Positions 28,129 through 37,448 of a stretch of 50,144 bases of DNA are shown here, piece by piece. The notes under the pieces were generated by a model. That model was not told the origin of the DNA. It made no database searches and saw nothing but the letters and a program-made list of their open reading frames with translations. Source of the stretch: Candidatus Doudnabacteria bacterium RIFCSPHIGHO2_02_FULL_42_25 (lineage in GTDB: Bacteria; Patescibacteriota; Doudnabacteria; UBA920; O2-02-FULL-48-8); contig MFEQ01000008.1 in NCBI GenBank assembly GCA_001777665.1, positions 1 to 50,144 of the forward strand. The letters are read 5' to 3'. Position 1 is the stretch's first letter; each line of letters opens with the position of its first letter. Both the position numbers and the translations under genes were made by a program.

Positions 28129-28698
28129 TTAAAAGGCTTCTGTCCATTTCATGCTCTTTTGTTTATCGTTGATCTTGATCAATTTAATCACCTTCTCAAC
28201 CAAAATCTTTGGATCGGAATCAAATATAATTCGCTTACTACCGCGTTTTGCGGATTTAAGAATTTCTGGAATATCTTCTTCGATTCCACCTGTACCAGTC
28301 AGGACGCCAATTACTCTTTTATCTTCAAACGCCGTTGTAAATTCATTTAATGTGCCGATTCTGCCACAAATGGTAATGATTGCATCCGAAGCCCTGGTCA
28401 TCAGCATGTTGCGCCCCGAGTAATCAAATCCAGTATAAATAATCAAATCCATGTTTTTCGTGGGTAATTTATAGGTGTTCACATGCGCTTGTTTTGACAC
28501 AGCCGGAGACAGTCCAATCGAAATACCACCTGCAGCCTTAGCTCCCCTAGTCGACCATTCCGGAATACCAATCGTCGCACCAGTAACTAAAACTGCCCCG
28601 TGCAAAGCAATTTGGCGACCTACTTCGTAGGCTTTTTTAAAGGCACCCCTCGTGCAATTATCGATAGCGGAACCAGAAACGGCAATTTTGTACTGCAT
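28129..28698 (-). CDS. LOG/SLOG-family protein (TIGR00725-like)
   Basis: IAVSGS, LVTGA, GGISIGLSP, IYTGF..GRNM..SDA..GRIGTLNE. Confidence 0.85.
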   Translation of the reverse strand: MQYKIAVSGSAIDNCTRGAFKKAYEVGRQIALHGAVLVTGATIGIPEWSTRGAKAAGGISIGLSPAVSKQAHVNTYKLPTKNMDLIIYTGFDYSGRNMLMTRASDAIITICGRIGTLNEFTTAFEDKRVIGVLTGTGGIEEDIPEILKSAKRGSKRIIFDSDPKILVEKVIKLIKINDKQKSMKWTEAF

Positions 28699-28741
28699 GA
28701 AAATTGAAAGCTAATTCTTGTGTTTAATTTTCTTCTACAAA

Positions 28742-28814
28742 CTACGAACTTTTACGAAAATACGAAATGTGCTAACTATCTTCGTACTTTCGTACCCTTT
28801 TCGTAATTTCGTAG
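28742..28814. repeat. Inverted TACGAA/TTCGTA array (copy 3)
   Basis: Three TACGAA then four TTCGTA. Confidence 0.85.
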
Positions 28815-28824
28815 AAAAGCAAGC

Positions 28825-29748
28825 CTATTTGGTTTTGAGAATTCCCCTTAGGGTCCTTCCTTGCTTATACATAGTATACCAAATCGGTGAATACACGAGA
28901 TCGTAAGCACCCGGATAAACAACCTCGACTCCACCGAATCCTTTTTTGAACCGAGTGATACCTTCCCAGCCTTTTTCGCCGATCCCCCCAAAATCGTAAT
29001 TTTTGTAACCCAGTTTTTTCGACAATTTAATCGCTTCCCAGTGGAGCAAATATGGAGCCATCGCTTCTTTCATCTGGATACTGGTGCCGCCGTGAGCATA
29101 AACTGCGTAATCACCGAATAAAGTTAAGATCATTCCCGCTAGCGGCTGACCCTGATATTCAGCAATGAAAATTTTCATGTGCTGCGGGTGCAAAGTGTCC
29201 CACATTTTTAAATAATAATCTTGGGGGTGTAGGCGAAATTGCGCTCTCGAAGCAGTCTCGAGTAATAATTTCCAAACAGTAAGCAGGTCTTCTTGGGTTC
29301 CTTCGCGAACATACACTCCCTTGCGCTGGGCGAGGTTGAGATTATACCGAGTCTTGGGCTTCATGTCGATCAATAATTCTTCTTCGGTTTTTTCTAATCC
29401 TAAAACCCAATTTTGTGGAGGCTGGATGTCCTTCACTGCCCGCGGTAAATCCATGGCATGCTGGGGCTCGAGTCTCGCAAACACCAAATTCGGGTCTTCC
29501 CCGATTTTTTTTAGATCCGGCAATGCTTCACTTGCTGCTCCCAAAGGTCCCCTGGGGCAATACAGATACTTTTTACCAAACGGCAGTGCTGTTTCGATGG
29601 CTAAATTGATAAAATTTTCATCAGAAAAATGGTGAATCTTGTGGCCCAAAGATTCGTTGAACTCCCCCCATGCCCAAGACTGCAAAATCGACCCACCTAG
29701 GTCGACAACTTTTTTATCCCAGTTTTCTTTTGATAGGTTTGAAATCAT
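28825..29748 (-). CDS. FemABX-family peptidoglycan interpeptide-bridge aminoacyltransferase
   Basis: LQSWAWGEF, YCPRGP, KTRYNLNLA, LLHWEAI, YDFGG, ITRFKKGFGG. Confidence 0.9.
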   Translation of the reverse strand: MISNLSKENWDKKVVDLGGSILQSWAWGEFNESLGHKIHHFSDENFINLAIETALPFGKKYLYCPRGPLGAASEALPDLKKIGEDPNLVFARLEPQHAMDLPRAVKDIQPPQNWVLGLEKTEEELLIDMKPKTRYNLNLAQRKGVYVREGTQEDLLTVWKLLLETASRAQFRLHPQDYYLKMWDTLHPQHMKIFIAEYQGQPLAGMILTLFGDYAVYAHGGTSIQMKEAMAPYLLHWEAIKLSKKLGYKNYDFGGIGEKGWEGITRFKKGFGGVEVVYPGAYDLVYSPIWYTMYKQGRTLRGILKTK

Positions 29749-29756
29749 AGATTATC

Positions 29757-29819
29757 CCATCGCGAGCGAAGCGTGGCGATTTTTTTTAAGATTGCTTCGT
29801 CGCAAGCTCCTCGCAATGG
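29757..29819. repeat. REP/RPE-like palindromic element
   Basis: CCATCGCGAGCGAAGCGTGGCGAT...GATTGCTTCGTCGCAAGCTCCTCGCAATGG with terminal inverted repeat. Confidence 0.7.
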
Positions 29820-29822
29820 TTA

Positions 29823-30389
29823 TTATTTGCTCAATGCTTTTAATGCTATCTTGATTTTTTGCTGCAAATCAGCCACATCATTCGGAACAGCTTTCAAGGC
29901 CTGTCTTGCTTCTTGTTGTGAATAACCAAGCACAATCAATGCATCCAGCGCATCCGAGTGTTCTTTGGCCACTGGCTGGGAGCCGACTTCATCTTTTAGT
30001 TTTTCTCGAAGCTCGACTATGACTCGTTCTGCAGTTTTCGTTCCAATGCCCGAAACTTTTTTGAAAACCGCAGCATCGCCCGAAGCAATCGCAGATTTGA
30101 GCATATTTATTTCGGCCAGCGACATAATCGCGAGTGCCGATTTGGGCCCGACACCAGACACTGTAAGTAAAAGTTCAAAAAATTCTAATTCAGTCAGGGT
30201 TTGAAAACCGTACAAAGCGATCTGGTCTTCACGAACATATGTATGAATCAGCAAACTTATTTCCGAATTCAATTTCAAAGGCACATGGATAACCTGAGGT
30301 GTAAAAATTTTATACCCAACACCAGTAGTTTCCACAATTATGTAATTAGTGCTTTTTTGAGTAAGCTGTCCTTTAATTGAACCTATCAT
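29823..30389 (-). CDS. ruvA: Holliday junction branch migration protein RuvA
   Basis: GVGY, VREDQIALYGF, VSGVGPKSA, GIGTKTAERVIVEL, DALIVLGY. Confidence 0.96.
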   Translation of the reverse strand: MIGSIKGQLTQKSTNYIIVETTGVGYKIFTPQVIHVPLKLNSEISLLIHTYVREDQIALYGFQTLTELEFFELLLTVSGVGPKSALAIMSLAEINMLKSAIASGDAAVFKKVSGIGTKTAERVIVELREKLKDEVGSQPVAKEHSDALDALIVLGYSQQEARQALKAVPNDVADLQQKIKIALKALSK

Positions 30390-30458
30390 GTGCTTATTAT
30401 ACCTGCTTGATATTAAAACGAAAACTGCTTAAACTGTATGGACAAATGAGGAGGAACT

Positions 30459-30680
30459 ATGAGAGGTTTTCGACCGCTATCGGGTTTCCAACCCGATGCC
30501 ATCTGTAGGGCATGCGGAAAGGACAATGCAACGATTGAGTACTACATTGAGACTTCAGTTGCCGTCCCAAGTTGCAACACTTCTTCCTGCCGGATCAGGG
30601 TTCAGGAAATTGCCCATGAATTACTTCCACCCCCTAAGGAGGCCCCCATAGAAAAAAATCGCTGGCTTCCCTGGCGCTAG
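30459..30680 (+). CDS. Small Cys-rich hypothetical protein (possible Zn finger)
   Basis: GAGGAGG SD; CRAC...CNTSSC. Confidence 0.55.
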   Translation: MRGFRPLSGFQPDAICRACGKDNATIEYYIETSVAVPSCNTSSCRIRVQEIAHELLPPPKEAPIEKNRWLPWR

Positions 30681-30743
30681 CTTCATTGCTGCTGGCGCTT
30701 TTCTTTTTGGATTAAAAAAAGAACCGAAAGAGACTTCGGTTCG

Positions 30744-31487
30744 TTATTGACCCCAACTCGAGGACCACCCAATCATTGTGATGTTACTAGGACCTCTTCC
30801 GGGGTCGCCGCCTTGGATACTGACATTCGCAACGTTTAAGTGTCCCTTCATAGGCAATTTAATGAACTTGAAATTGGAAATCAGGAAACTGGCACCCACT
30901 GAAAGCCCTACCCTAATCTCCCTCCCGTCTGTATCGTCCGGAACACTCAGCATGATAAACCCAGGTATAGGGTATAACCCGGTACGTTTCCCGATCTCAA
31001 TTGTAGTCCAGTGTGCACCTATCAACCCCCACACTCTCGGCCCAAGTTCGCCTAAAGTCCAGGGCCCATCGACATGAAACCGTCTCCAGAAGGTTGTGTG
31101 TGGCACGATCTCATTCTGCTTCTGGGTTAACAACTGCTGTTGCCTGGCCAGGTCAATGGTAAAACCGCTTTCCAGTTCCACCAAGATGTTACAAGCCTCT
31201 TCGATCGTACCGTGTACGCCTTCAAACATCTTCCAGTTCTCGCAGCGGTCTGGTAACCACTCGGGCACTCCGGGGAGCTTCTTGCGTTTGCCCATTTTCT
31301 GGCCCCACAAGTTACTCCAAAAAGTGTAGACGATCCGATTGCGGTTGACGAGGTACCATTGCTGGTATTTTTCAACTGCCTCGATCCAGTCCCTCAGTGT
31401 CTTCTCTTCGGACTGCGAAAGCAGCTCCTGACCGAAGGCAGGAACACTGACAAGCGACAGAATCAACACTAAAACCCACTTCGTCAT
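30744..31487 (-). CDS. Secreted hypothetical protein
   Basis: AGGAGG before ATG 31487; signal peptide MTKWVLVLILSLVSVPAFG; hairpin plus T-run downstream. Confidence 0.75.
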   Translation of the reverse strand: MTKWVLVLILSLVSVPAFGQELLSQSEEKTLRDWIEAVEKYQQWYLVNRNRIVYTFWSNLWGQKMGKRKKLPGVPEWLPDRCENWKMFEGVHGTIEEACNILVELESGFTIDLARQQQLLTQKQNEIVPHTTFWRRFHVDGPWTLGELGPRVWGLIGAHWTTIEIGKRTGLYPIPGFIMLSVPDDTDGREIRVGLSVGASFLISNFKFIKLPMKGHLNVANVSIQGGDPGRGPSNITMIGWSSSWGQ

Positions 31488-31591
31488 GTTGCCTCCTTGG
31501 CCACTATTTATTAGCATAGTAGATTATTTTTGAGAATAAAAAAAGGCCGGCACCTCGAAATGAAGGGTGACGGCGAAAATAGGTCGTTCGC

Positions 31592-32050
31592 TTAGAGCGT
31601 CGCGATCACACGTTCAACCGCATTACTCCAGCTGTCGCATGGAATAATACGGAAGGGTTCGACCAGTCCGGGAGAAACTAGTCCGACCTGATACCGATAC
31701 GGCACCGAGCTGTCCGGCAAGCTGGTCAAAAGTTCGGTCTGTGCTGTGACAACATGCGTGTAATCAGTACAGATTTTTGCCAACCCTCTAAAGTCCGGTG
31801 AGGTGGGAAACGGATCGGAACAGATCCGTGTCTTCGTGAACAGCCCCACTCTCGCAAACCACGACCAAGCCACAAACTTGTCTGCCGGATCAGCGAGGTC
31901 GATGATCTTGACCTTCTCGCACCCGAAGGCTCTGACGAGGCGTTCAAACCCCTCAAGCGCATCCGGAGCCTCGATTACTTCATGCTTACCTTGCCACTCA
32001 CTCTTCTTAGCAAGAAGCGCGCTGAAATCAACTATGATCTTGTGCGACAT
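31592..32050 (-). CDS. Hypothetical protein, possibly degenerate HAD-like fold
   Basis: GGAGGGG before ATG 32050; IIVDFSALL, PDALEGFERL, SWSNA weakly resemble 5'-nucleotidase-type HADs. Confidence 0.5.
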   Translation of the reverse strand: MSHKIIVDFSALLAKKSEWQGKHEVIEAPDALEGFERLVRAFGCEKVKIIDLADPADKFVAWSWFARVGLFTKTRICSDPFPTSPDFRGLAKICTDYTHVVTAQTELLTSLPDSSVPYRYQVGLVSPGLVEPFRIIPCDSWSNAVERVIATL

Positions 32051-32151
32051 GTCCCCTCCCGCCAACGACGACCATTACCCCTACTTTTACTTTCAGCAAT
32101 TATATCAATTATTGACCGAGTTGTGAAGCCTCTGCTACAATAAAATTTGGC

Positions 32152-34152
32152 ATGAAATTCAAAATTCACTCACCATTTAAACCTAGTGGCGATCAGCCGA
32201 CGGCTATTGAGAAGCTCGTGGCTGGATTAGAAAAAAAGCACCGATACCAGACTCTTTTGGGAGTCACAGGTAGCGGCAAGACTTTTACTATGGCCAATGT
32301 CATCGAAAAAGTTCAGAAACCCACCCTGATAATTTCCCATAATAAAACTTTGGCCGCGCAGTTAGCCAATGAATTTCAAGAATTTTTTCCAGATAATGCA
32401 GTACACTACTTTGTTTCTTATTATGACTACTACCAACCAGAAGCGTATATTCCCCGCAGCGATACATATATCGAAAAAGAGACCCAAATCAACGAAGAAA
32501 TCGATAAATTGCGCAATGCCGCGACCCAAAGCTTACTTTCACGAAAAGATGTTCTGATTGTGGCTTCAGTCTCCTGTATTTATGGATTGGGTAATCCTGG
32601 AAATTATCTCGAGCTTTCCCTCTCACTGAAAGTTGGAGAAGAAATCAAACGCGATAAATTTTTACGTCGTTTAACCGACCTCCAATTTATTCGCAATGAC
32701 ATCAATCTCACCCGTGGTACTTTCCGGGTGCGAGGTGATGTTATTGAATTTATCCCCGCTTCCGCTGACAAAGTCATCAGTCTAAGTTTCTTCGGTGATG
32801 AATTAGAAAAAATATCAGAGCATGATCCTCTGACTGGTGAAGAGTTTGGTGATCGACAGGAAATTACCATCTTCCCTGCCAAACATTTCGTGACCCCGAA
32901 AGAAAAATTATTTGCTGCCATCAATAATATCCGCCAAGAACTGGCTGATCAAATCAAATATTTTAAATCCCAGGGCAAAGAAATCGAAGCCCAGCGTATC
33001 GAACAGCGCACCAACTTTGATTTGGAAATGCTTTTAGAGACTGGCTTCGTCGCAGGGATAGAAAACTACTCTCGGCAACTTGATTTCCGCAAACCGGGCG
33101 AGCCTCCATCTACACTTATCGATTACTTCCCAGATGATTTCTTGCTGTTCATCGACGAATCGCATATTACCTTACCCCAAATTTACGGCATGTATGAGGG
33201 CGATCAATCCCGCAAACGAACTTTGATTGATTATGGCTTTCGATTGCCTTCCGCGATTGATAATCGACCGCTCAAATTCGAAGAGTTTGAAAAAAAAATC
33301 GACCAAACAATTTTTGTTTCAGCGACCCCGACGAAAGACCGGGAGTTAAAGGTTTCGAAACAAGTTGCCGAACAACTAATTCGTCCCACCGGATTACTCG
33401 ACCCGGAAATTGAGATTCGACCCACGAAAAATCAGATCGATGATTTGATGGAAGAAATCCAAAAACGAGTAAAAAAGAAACAGCGAATTCTCGTGACTAC
33501 TCTGACTAAAAATATGGCTGAAGAGTTGTCCAGTTACTTGGTCGAATATGGCATTCGAGGCCAATACCTCCATGCGGATATCCAAACTTTAGAACGACTA
33601 GAAATTTTACGCGACTTGCGACTCGGGGTTTATGATGTCGTGGTCGGAATTAACCTTCTCCGAGAAGGATTAGATCTACCGGAAGTTTCTCTAGTCGCGA
33701 TATTAGATGCAGACAAAGAAGGATATCTTCGTTCGGAAACCTCGCTCATCCAAACCATGGGCCGCGCTGCGCGTCACCTGGAAGGCCGTGTCATCATGTA
33801 TGCGGATCGGATCACCGGATCCATGGATCGTGCTATGAAGGAAGTTGAACGAAGACGTAAAATTCAAACGACTTACAACAAGGAGCACGGCATCACCCCT
33901 ACGAGTATTCAAAAAGCTATCAGTGAGACCCGTCTGGCAGGCAAAAAAGCTGATGAGGAAAAGGTCAAACAACTTGATGAAATGGACCTAACCAAAATGA
34001 CTAAGCAAGATATTGCTTATGCCATCGAAGAACTCCGCGACCAGATGGACATGGCCTCCAGAAACCTAGATTTCGAAAAAGCCGCTGCCCTCCGCGATCA
34101 AATTCAAACCATCCGCGCCAAAACGAAGATGAAGAAACATAAATTTAAATAG
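32152..34152 (+). CDS. uvrB: Excinuclease ABC subunit B
   Basis: [49 protein letters not shown]-terminal UVR domain. Confidence 0.98.
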   Translation: MKFKIHSPFKPSGDQPTAIEKLVAGLEKKHRYQTLLGVTGSGKTFTMANVIEKVQKPTLIISHNKTLAAQLANEFQEFFPDNAVHYFVSYYDYYQPEAYIPRSDTYIEKETQINEEIDKLRNAATQSLLSRKDVLIVASVSCIYGLGNPGNYLELSLSLKVGEEIKRDKFLRRLTDLQFIRNDINLTRGTFRVRGDVIEFIPASADKVISLSFFGDELEKISEHDPLTGEEFGDRQEITIFPAKHFVTPKEKLFAAINNIRQELADQIKYFKSQGKEIEAQRIEQRTNFDLEMLLETGFVAGIENYSRQLDFRKPGEPPSTLIDYFPDDFLLFIDESHITLPQIYGMYEGDQSRKRTLIDYGFRLPSAIDNRPLKFEEFEKKIDQTIFVSATPTKDRELKVSKQVAEQLIRPTGLLDPEIEIRPTKNQIDDLMEEIQKRVKKKQRILVTTLTKNMAEELSSYLVEYGIRGQYLHADIQTLERLEILRDLRLGVYDVVVGINLLREGLDLPEVSLVAILDADKEGYLRSETSLIQTMGRAARHLEGRVIMYADRITGSMDRAMKEVERRRKIQTTYNKEHGITPTSIQKAISETRLAGKKADEEKVKQLDEMDLTKMTKQDIAYAIEELRDQMDMASRNLDFEKAAALRDQIQTIRAKTKMKKHKFK

Positions 34153-34170
34153 AATTACTGTCTCCTTTTC

Positions 34171-34196
34171 TGCTCGGCCGAGCAATGTTGGAAACA
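34171..34196 (+). repeat. 26-bp direct repeat with palindromic core (left copy)
   Basis: TGCTCGGCCGAGCAATGTTGGAAACA, identical to 34723-34748. Confidence 0.95.
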
Positions 34197-34204
34197 ACTA
34201 CAAT

Positions 34205-34702
34205 TTACTTGAAATAATATTCTGACTTTGCAGAAAAGATTGAAACATCCTTTTGCAGTTTTAACTCCTCGATTAACTCTTTCAGATCGTCAAAAACTTG
34301 GAAAGGACTTAAGAAGCAACTTTCACGAATTTGAGTATAACCGCTTCGAATCAAATACCGGCGTAGGGTATCCCGAGCATTACGTTTTGTTTCCGGTATG
34401 TCGAAAATTATCAAAGTCGAAAAACCATCTGATCTAGATTTCTTCGTAATTGCCTTTAGGCGTAATGTCTTTGCTCTTTTTGTAATAACAAAAGCCGGAC
34501 CTTCTATAGTTTGAGTCTTTTTAACCAGGCCTAGTTTTTCAAATCTTTTTAATCTCTTGTGGTAAGCTGATCGAGTGATCGACACTCTAGACATTTTACT
34601 ATAGGGTCTAAAAACTGTTCGATCTCTGGTTGGAAAATCTGAAAGCCATTTGAATAATTCCCATAAACTTCGGGCAGCCCCCATTCTTGAACTCATTACC
34701 AT
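34205..34702 (-). CDS. wHTH + PaaX-central/Cas2-like domain protein
   Basis: AYHKRLKRFEKLGLVKK..FVITKRA (wHTH-like); LIIFDIPETKRNARDTLRRYL..GYTQIRESCFLSP. Confidence 0.8.
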   Translation of the reverse strand: MVMSSRMGAARSLWELFKWLSDFPTRDRTVFRPYSKMSRVSITRSAYHKRLKRFEKLGLVKKTQTIEGPAFVITKRAKTLRLKAITKKSRSDGFSTLIIFDIPETKRNARDTLRRYLIRSGYTQIRESCFLSPFQVFDDLKELIEELKLQKDVSIFSAKSEYYFK

Positions 34703-34722
34703 AAATACATTGTATCTCTTTT

Positions 34723-34748
34723 TGCTCGGCCGAGCAATGTTGGAAACA
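34723..34748 (+). repeat. 26-bp direct repeat with palindromic core (right copy)
   Basis: TGCTCGGCCGAGCAATGTTGGAAACA; here the palindrome extends to 16 bp (TTGCTCGGCCGAGCAA). Confidence 0.95.
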
Positions 34749-34777
34749 TTGACCTAAACGGTCTTTTTTGCTAAACT
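34749..34777 (+). promoter_or_regulatory. Sigma-70 promoter for rpsT
   Basis: TTGACC-17 bp-TAAACT abutting the right repeat. Confidence 0.65.
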
Positions 34778-34861
34778 TTTGGAGCTAAATAGGCTTTGTG
34801 TCGCGAAGTTTATTTAATTCTAATTACTAATTACTAATTACTTCTTACTATTTACTAATTT

Positions 34862-35125
34862 ATGCCTAACATTAAATCAGCTATGAAAGCCATGCGGCAG
34901 AATGTTCGACGCCGAGCGGTAAATTTGAAAGCTCTAGAAGCGATCAAACAAACTGCGAAGCAGGTCCGCAAATTCGCTACTGCCAACAATAAATCTGAAG
35001 CCCAGAAAGCTCTATCCTCTGCATTTGCAGCTCTCGATAAAGCCGCCAAGAAGCATATCGTTCATAAGAATACTGCTTCCAGAAAAAAGTCCCGGCTCGC
35101 AGCAATGGTCGGAAAATTAAAATAA
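34862..35125 (+). CDS. rpsT: 30S ribosomal protein S20
   Basis: MPNIKSAMK..RQN..N; LDKAAKK.IVHKNTASRKKSRL. Confidence 0.97.
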   Translation: MPNIKSAMKAMRQNVRRRAVNLKALEAIKQTAKQVRKFATANNKSEAQKALSSAFAALDKAAKKHIVHKNTASRKKSRLAAMVGKLK

Positions 35126-35141
35126 TCCCCTATCACAAACC

Positions 35142-35167
35142 ACCCCGGACTTGATCCGGGGTCTTAT
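35142..35167. repeat. CCCCGGACTTGATCCGGGG palindromic element (uninterrupted copy)
   Basis: Between convergent rpsT and polA; related copies at 18885-18930 and 43857-43882. Confidence 0.85.
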
Positions 35168-35168
35168 T

Positions 35169-37448
35169 TTAAATTTTCAACTTTTCCATCTCCGCCCAGT
35201 TAGTTCCGGCTTTGGCCTCGACGACTAGTGGAACCTTGAGCTCATAAACTGATTCCATTATTTTTTTAATCTTTTGGGCAAATTTTTCAGCATCATTTTT
35301 CAGTACTTCAAAAACTAATTCGTCATGTACTGACAAAAGCATCCTTACTTCTGGTGTTTGTTTTTCAATCTGGATCATGCTTAATTTGATGATATCTGCG
35401 GCCAATGATTGGATTGGCGTATTGAACGCGGCTCTTTCTGCAGCTCCTCGGACTGCAAAATTTGAAGCTAGAATTTCCGGAAAATTGCGAAGACGACCAG
35501 TCGCAGTTCGAATATACCCATCTTGCTTGGTTTGATTTATCGTATCATCTATGTATTTTTTGAGTTTACTAAAGACTGCGAAATAGTCTTTGATGTGTTG
35601 CGATGCCTCTTCATGGCTCATCGCGGACCTCGAAGATAAGCCGAAAGCTGAAACACCATAGAGTACACTGAAGTTGATAGTTTTTGCATCGCGGCGTTGG
35701 GCCGGTGTCACATCTTTCGCACCGACCCCAAAAATACGAGCTGCAGTAGCAGTGTGAAAATCGATATTGTCTTTAAAAATTTTAATCATCTCTGGTTCAT
35801 CTGTCAAAGACGCAGCAATTCGAAGTTCGATTTGTGAATAATCTAGAGACAATAAAACATTGCCTTTGTCCGCGATAAATGCCTTTCGCACTTCGTTTCC
35901 CAGTTCCGTTTTAATCGGTATATTTTGCAAATTGGGATTCAATGAAGATAACCGCCCAGTTGCAGCAATGGTTTGACTATAGGTAGTATGGAGTCGTCCA
36001 TCCTTTCCCACTAGTTCTGGCAGCGCATCGACATACGTAGATTTAAGTTTCGTGATTTCGCGATATTCAAAAATCAAATCAATGATTGGATGCATGCCCC
36101 GCAGTCGTTCTAGCTGCTCCGCATTTGTCGACAACGCTTTTGTTTTGCCTGTTTTTCGTAATCCATCGGCAGTTAATTTCAATTTCTCGAACAACACCTC
36201 TCGCAGCTGAATCGGAGAGGCAATATTAAATTCTGTGCCGGATAAATTATAGATTTGCTTCGTCAATTCATCAACTCGCTTGCCTAATTGTTTACTCAAA
36301 TCCTTCAACCACTTCAAATCAAGTTTGACTCCTCGCTTTTGCATCTTCTCCAGAACCTCCATTAGAGGCACTTCTATATCATGATAAATTTTCAGTAACT
36401 TCTTTTCTTTCAGCTGATTAGCCAATTCGCTCCAGTTGTCTGTTTCATACGTCCGTCGGCCAGGATTAAGTAAGTAAGCCGCGATTAATGCTTGCTTTTC
36501 GTTTTTTATTAAATCATTTGGTTTAGTTTCAACCGTGGTGCTCACTTCCAATCCTGCTGCTGTTTTATGCCCCTTCGGTAACCGTGCATCCAAAGCTTTA
36601 ATTCCTAACGCATGAAAAAGCTTCATGACGGTTAGCTCCTCATAGTCACTTAAAAGTGTTTTCTCAAAATCAAAATCCAAATGATTTTTGCGATCAATGT
36701 GAGCAAGTTTCTGCGATAAATACGCTTTAGGTTTGCCTTCAACTAATTTTTTCAACGTTCCAGGTTTAATCTTTTCACTGTTCCGCTCCACTCCCTCGTA
36801 AACTCCTTCCAAAGATCCGAAAGTTTTAATCAAATCCAAAGCCCCTTTTTCGCCAATCCCAGGTACTCCAGGAATATTGTCAGACAGGTCTCCACGAATC
36901 GCTTTATAATCGACCCACTGTGTTGGATGAAGCCCATAGATCTCGACCATTTTATCAATATCGAAAATTTGGATATCTGAAAATCCGGTTTTGAATCGAT
37001 AGACCTCAGTATGATTATCGATCAGCTGCAATAAATCCAAATCACCAGTCACGATAATATTTAAAACGTCTTTCGGGGTTTGATAGGTAATGATGCCAAG
37101 TAAATCATCAGCTTCATAACCTTGTTTTTCGTAAATGGGAATCTCTAGAGCTTCTAGGATCTCTTTGATTTTTGGTAACTGGATCATTAATTCACTGGGG
37201 GGAGCTTTTCTCGTCGCTTTATAATCCGCAGCCAATTTATCACGGAAGGTCGGACCCTTCACATCAAACGTGACCACAGCATGAGTTGGTTTGATATCAG
37301 CTAGAGCTTTGAAAAGCATGGAAAAAAATCCGAAAATTGCCCCAGTCGGGAATCCTTCGGCATTTGACATCGCCGGCAAAGCATGAAAAGCACGATGAAA
37401 CAGGGCATGCCCGTCAATCAGTAATAATTTTTTCTTAAATTCTTTCAT
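35169..37448 (-). CDS. polA: DNA polymerase I (3'-5' exonuclease domain largely deleted)
   Basis: LIDGH, YEADD, GDLSDNIPGV; TGRLSSLNPNLQNIP, DYSQIELR, RRDAKTINFSVLYG, VHDELV. Confidence 0.95.
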   Translation of the reverse strand: MKEFKKKLLLIDGHALFHRAFHALPAMSNAEGFPTGAIFGFFSMLFKALADIKPTHAVVTFDVKGPTFRDKLAADYKATRKAPPSELMIQLPKIKEILEALEIPIYEKQGYEADDLLGIITYQTPKDVLNIIVTGDLDLLQLIDNHTEVYRFKTGFSDIQIFDIDKMVEIYGLHPTQWVDYKAIRGDLSDNIPGVPGIGEKGALDLIKTFGSLEGVYEGVERNSEKIKPGTLKKLVEGKPKAYLSQKLAHIDRKNHLDFDFEKTLLSDYEELTVMKLFHALGIKALDARLPKGHKTAAGLEVSTTVETKPNDLIKNEKQALIAAYLLNPGRRTYETDNWSELANQLKEKKLLKIYHDIEVPLMEVLEKMQKRGVKLDLKWLKDLSKQLGKRVDELTKQIYNLSGTEFNIASPIQLREVLFEKLKLTADGLRKTGKTKALSTNAEQLERLRGMHPIIDLIFEYREITKLKSTYVDALPELVGKDGRLHTTYSQTIAATGRLSSLNPNLQNIPIKTELGNEVRKAFIADKGNVLLSLDYSQIELRIAASLTDEPEMIKIFKDNIDFHTATAARIFGVGAKDVTPAQRRDAKTINFSVLYGVSAFGLSSRSAMSHEEASQHIKDYFAVFSKLKKYIDDTINQTKQDGYIRTATGRLRNFPEILASNFAVRGAAERAAFNTPIQSLAADIIKLSMIQIEKQTPEVRMLLSVHDELVFEVLKNDAEKFAQKIKKIMESVYELKVPLVVEAKAGTNWAEMEKLKI

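Noticed and set aside
34171..34748. CRISPR array or CRISPR-Cas locus around the Cas2-like gene
   Set aside because: Only two repeats, 552 bp apart and separated by a gene; no spacer-sized units and no cas1 or effector genes in the window.
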